A stretch of DNA of 64,000 nucleotides from NCBI GenBank assembly GCA_030614255.1, contig JAUWKI010000003.1, forward strand, positions 15,368 to 79,367. The letters run 5' to 3'. Below the pieces are notes generated by a model, which worked only from the letters and a program-made list of their open reading frames with translations, did not search any database and was not told the origin of the DNA. A program made the position numbers and the translations under genes. Source of the stretch: Actinomycetes bacterium (GTDB lineage: Bacteria; Actinomycetota; Aquicultoria; UBA3085; Oleimmundimicrobiaceae). Below, piece after piece: positions 61,340 through 64,000 of this stretch (positions within the stretch are counted from its first letter, which is position 1; each line of letters starts with the position of its first letter).

Positions 61340-62206
61340 ATGAACTTCCAAGAGATAATTATGAATTTACAGGCCTATTGGGCCAACTATGGATGCATCA
61401 TAGCTCAACCATATGATTTAGAGGTAGGGGCGGGAACTTTTAATCCACATACTTTCCTAAGATGTTTGGGGCCTGAGCCCTGGAAAATTGCTTATGTTGA
61501 ACCAGCTCGCCGGCCAACTGATGGACGTTATGGCGAAAACCCAAATCGGCTCCAGCATTATTATCAATTTCAAGTAGTGCTTAAGCCAGCTCCTGATGAT
61601 ATCCAAAACATCTATCTTGAGAGTCTTGAACAAATTGGTATTGATCCCAGGAAACACGACATACGCTTTGTTGAAGATGATTGGGAATCGCCCACATTGG
61701 GAGCTTGGGGGCTGGGCTGGGAAGTTTGGCTAGACGGCATGGAAATAACCCAATTTACATACTTTCAGCAAATAGGAGGCATCGATTTGAAACCCATTTC
61801 GGTGGAGTTAACGTATGGATTAGAAAGAATTGCCATGTATGTTCAGGAAAAAGATAATGTTTTTGACCTGGAATGGGGGAATGGCTTAAAGTACGGCGAT
61901 ATTCATCATCAAGGAGAGGTGGAATGGTCCAAGTATAATTTTGAGATTGCGGATACGGTTATGCTGAATGATTTATTCGATAAATTCGAAAAAGAGTGCG
62001 AGCTTATTCTCTCTAAAGATTTGGTCTTGCCGGCCTATGACTATGTCCTTAAATGTTCACACGTTTTTAATCTTCTGGATGCCAGAAGAGCGATTAGTGT
62101 GACTGAGCGAACACGCTTCATTGCACGGGTTCGTGATCTTGCACGCAAGTGTGCCGGTGCTTATATGTCCCAAAGGGAGAAGATGGGATACCCACTTCTT
62201 AAGTAG
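61340..62206 (+). CDS. glyQ: Glycine--tRNA ligase alpha subunit
   Basis: [36 protein letters not shown]. Confidence 0.98.
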   Translation: MNFQEIIMNLQAYWANYGCIIAQPYDLEVGAGTFNPHTFLRCLGPEPWKIAYVEPARRPTDGRYGENPNRLQHYYQFQVVLKPAPDDIQNIYLESLEQIGIDPRKHDIRFVEDDWESPTLGAWGLGWEVWLDGMEITQFTYFQQIGGIDLKPISVELTYGLERIAMYVQEKDNVFDLEWGNGLKYGDIHHQGEVEWSKYNFEIADTVMLNDLFDKFEKECELILSKDLVLPAYDYVLKCSHVFNLLDARRAISVTERTRFIARVRDLARKCAGAYMSQREKMGYPLLK

Positions 62207-62264
62207 TTGGCAGTAAATAAAGAATGTTTTAAATTTTTTATTTTTTATTACTTACTATGGACTT

Positions 62265-62308
62265 CCCGCCTGCCAACACCTGAAGGTGTAGCCAATGGCG
62301 GGTAGGCC
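62265..62308. repeat. CCCGCCTGCC...TGGCGGGTAGG palindromic element between glyQ and glyS
   Basis: Same ends as the 45-bp insert at 12308-12352. Confidence 0.7.
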
Positions 62309-62342
62309 GACCAAGAAACCAATAGCTAAAGCAGGAGTATTT

Positions 62343-64000
62343 ATGGATACAAAGGACTTAATTTTAGAGATAGGAACGGAAGAGATGCCCTCTATGGCAC
62401 TCAACGTGGGAATCGAACAATTAAAGAACAATGCCATAAAATTGCTCGATGAAAACAGGCTTTCCTGTTTCGAAGCAAAAACATATGGTACTCCAAGGCG
62501 TTTGGTTTTAAATGTTGTCGGCTTGCAATCACAACAGCGGGAAGAAATAAGGGAGACGAAGGGACCTCCGGCGAACGCGGCATTTACCAATGGTGGGGAG
62601 GCGACTGCTGCTGCGAAAGGTTTTGCCAAATCGCAAAGGGTAAAAGTATCTGATTTGAAAATTCGTGAGACCTCCGAAGGAACCTATGTTTTTGCCATCA
62701 AGAAAGAACAAGGCAAAGAAACATCGAAAATTCTCCCCGAAATTTTACCAAAATTGATATCATCCATTTCTTTTAATAAGTCCATGAGGTGGCAGGGTGG
62801 CAACGTTCGCTTTGTTCGGCCCATTCGCTGGCTTTTAGCTTTACATGGAGAGGAAGTCGTGAGATTTACATTTGTTGATCTGAAGTCAAACAATTTGACG
62901 TGGGGACATCGTTTTCTTGTAAAAAGTCCTATTAAAATGAAAAACCCTAGGGAATATTTTTCTTTGATAAAGAAAGCCGGTGTGGTTGTGGATCAGAAGG
63001 AACGGAAAGAAATTATTGAGGATAGCATCAAAGGGCTTTTGAAAAAAGAAAAAGAAAGACCCGTTATAAATCCCAAAACTTTTGCTGAAGTTATAAATTT
63101 GGTAGAGTCTCCACATATTATCTGCGGTACTTTTTCAGATAGCTATCTTAGTTTGCCGCGGCAAGTACTGACGACTGCGATGGAATCACATCAACGTTAT
63201 TTTCCTGTTGAAGACATTGATGGCAAATTAAAATCCAAGTTTATCATTGTTCATAATGGCGATGCTACTTATGATGACATTATTAGAAAAGGTCACGAAA
63301 GAGTTCTTGGAGCGCGGCTTGCGGACGCGAAGTTTTTCTTCGAAGAAGATCGGAAAGAACCACTTGTTAAAAATATCGAAAAACTTGAGGGTGTTGTTTT
63401 TCAAGATAAACTTGGGACGGTATATAGCAAAGTTAAACGTGTTGGAAAAGTAACCGGCTTTTTAGCCAAACAGATGGAAGTCGATGATTCGACGAAGGAT
63501 TATGCAAAAAGGACTGCTTATTTAAGCAAAGCTGATTTGGTGACGGAGATGGTTGGAGAGTTTCCTGACCTTCAGGGCGTAATGGGGAGAGAATATGCAA
63601 TGTTGTCCGGAGAGAACGAAGAGGTTGCTAAAGGTATTTTTGAACACTATCTGCCGCGTTACTCTGATGACATTTTGCCCGAATCTGATGTGGGAAAAAT
63701 TGTAAGCATTGCGGATAAAGCAGATACTATAACAGGTTGTTTTTCGGTAGGGCTTCTACCAACTGGCTCAGAAGATCCTTATGCTTTGCGTCGTCAAGCA
63801 CAAGGTATAATAAACATAGTTCTCAATAACGAGTTAAATCTGTCGCTCATCGAGCTTATAAAGTTTACGCTATCTGGGTACAAAAGAGATAAGATAGAAT
63901 TTTACCAGGATGAAGAGCGAATTTTGGAGGAACTTGAAAGTTTCTTCCTGGGAAGATTAAAACAGCAATTTTTAAGCGCGGGATTTCAATACGATGTCGT
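62343..64000 (+). CDS. glyS: Glycine--tRNA ligase beta subunit (3' truncated by window)
   Basis: MDTKDLILEIGTEEMP, TPRRL, MRW..FVRPIRW, HQRYFP, EFPDLQGVMG, GSEDPYALRRQA. Confidence 0.97.
   Translation, partial: MDTKDLILEIGTEEMPSMALNVGIEQLKNNAIKLLDENRLSCFEAKTYGTPRRLVLNVVGLQSQQREEIRETKGPPANAAFTNGGEATAAAKGFAKSQRVKVSDLKIRETSEGTYVFAIKKEQGKETSKILPEILPKLISSISFNKSMRWQGGNVRFVRPIRWLLALHGEEVVRFTFVDLKSNNLTWGHRFLVKSPIKMKNPREYFSLIKKAGVVVDQKERKEIIEDSIKGLLKKEKERPVINPKTFAEVINLVESPHIICGTFSDSYLSLPRQVLTTAMESHQRYFPVEDIDGKLKSKFIIVHNGDATYDDIIRKGHERVLGARLADAKFFFEEDRKEPLVKNIEKLEGVVFQDKLGTVYSKVKRVGKVTGFLAKQMEVDDSTKDYAKRTAYLSKADLVTEMVGEFPDLQGVMGREYAMLSGENEEVAKGIFEHYLPRYSDDILPESDVGKIVSIADKADTITGCFSVGLLPTGSEDPYALRRQAQGIINIVLNNELNLSLIELIKFTLSGYKRDKIEFYQDEERILEELESFFLGRLKQQFLSAGFQYDV

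Overview
This is a bacterial chromosome segment of roughly 40% GC (estimated by eye) with almost all genes on the + strand. The backbone is a conserved core block: rnfE-A-B, NusG-II, Gx transporter, radC, mreBCD-mrdA-rodA, TIGR03960/TIGR03936, rng, rplU-rpmA-obg, proBA, nadD-yqeK-LCP-rsfS, tRNA-Ala, leuS, lepB, then comEA-comEC-holA, rpsT(-), murJ, lepA-hemW-hrcA-dnaJ-mtaB-HIT-yqeY-phoH-pgpH-ybeY-dgkA-CNNM-cdd-GNAT-era-mgtE-deoC-recO-glyQS. The gene order, hrcA-dnaJ without grpE/dnaK, and Rnf suggest a low-GC anaerobic deep-branching Actinomycetota (inference). An accessory patch of about 9.5 kb (26.6-36.1 kb) holds a lipoprotein, a small Zn-ribbon protein, a HEPN-like protein, a DpnI-like nuclease, an isochorismatase-family hydrolase, vapBC and an ABC exporter. 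Main observations: (1) a complete tRNA-Ala(GGC) gene is nested inside Stem III of an otherwise canonical Leu T-box riboswitch upstream of leuS; (2) a candidate selenoprotein has TGA at a conserved Cys position (UxxC) followed by a SECIS-like hairpin; (3) short palindromic elements, heptamer arrays and MITE-like repeats nest inside each other in most long intergenic gaps and also insert in frame into genes; (4) rplU and probably rsfS start at CTG, L21 and S20 carry histone-H1-like tails, and a prmA relic lies after dnaJ. All calls come from reading the sequence; no searches were run.
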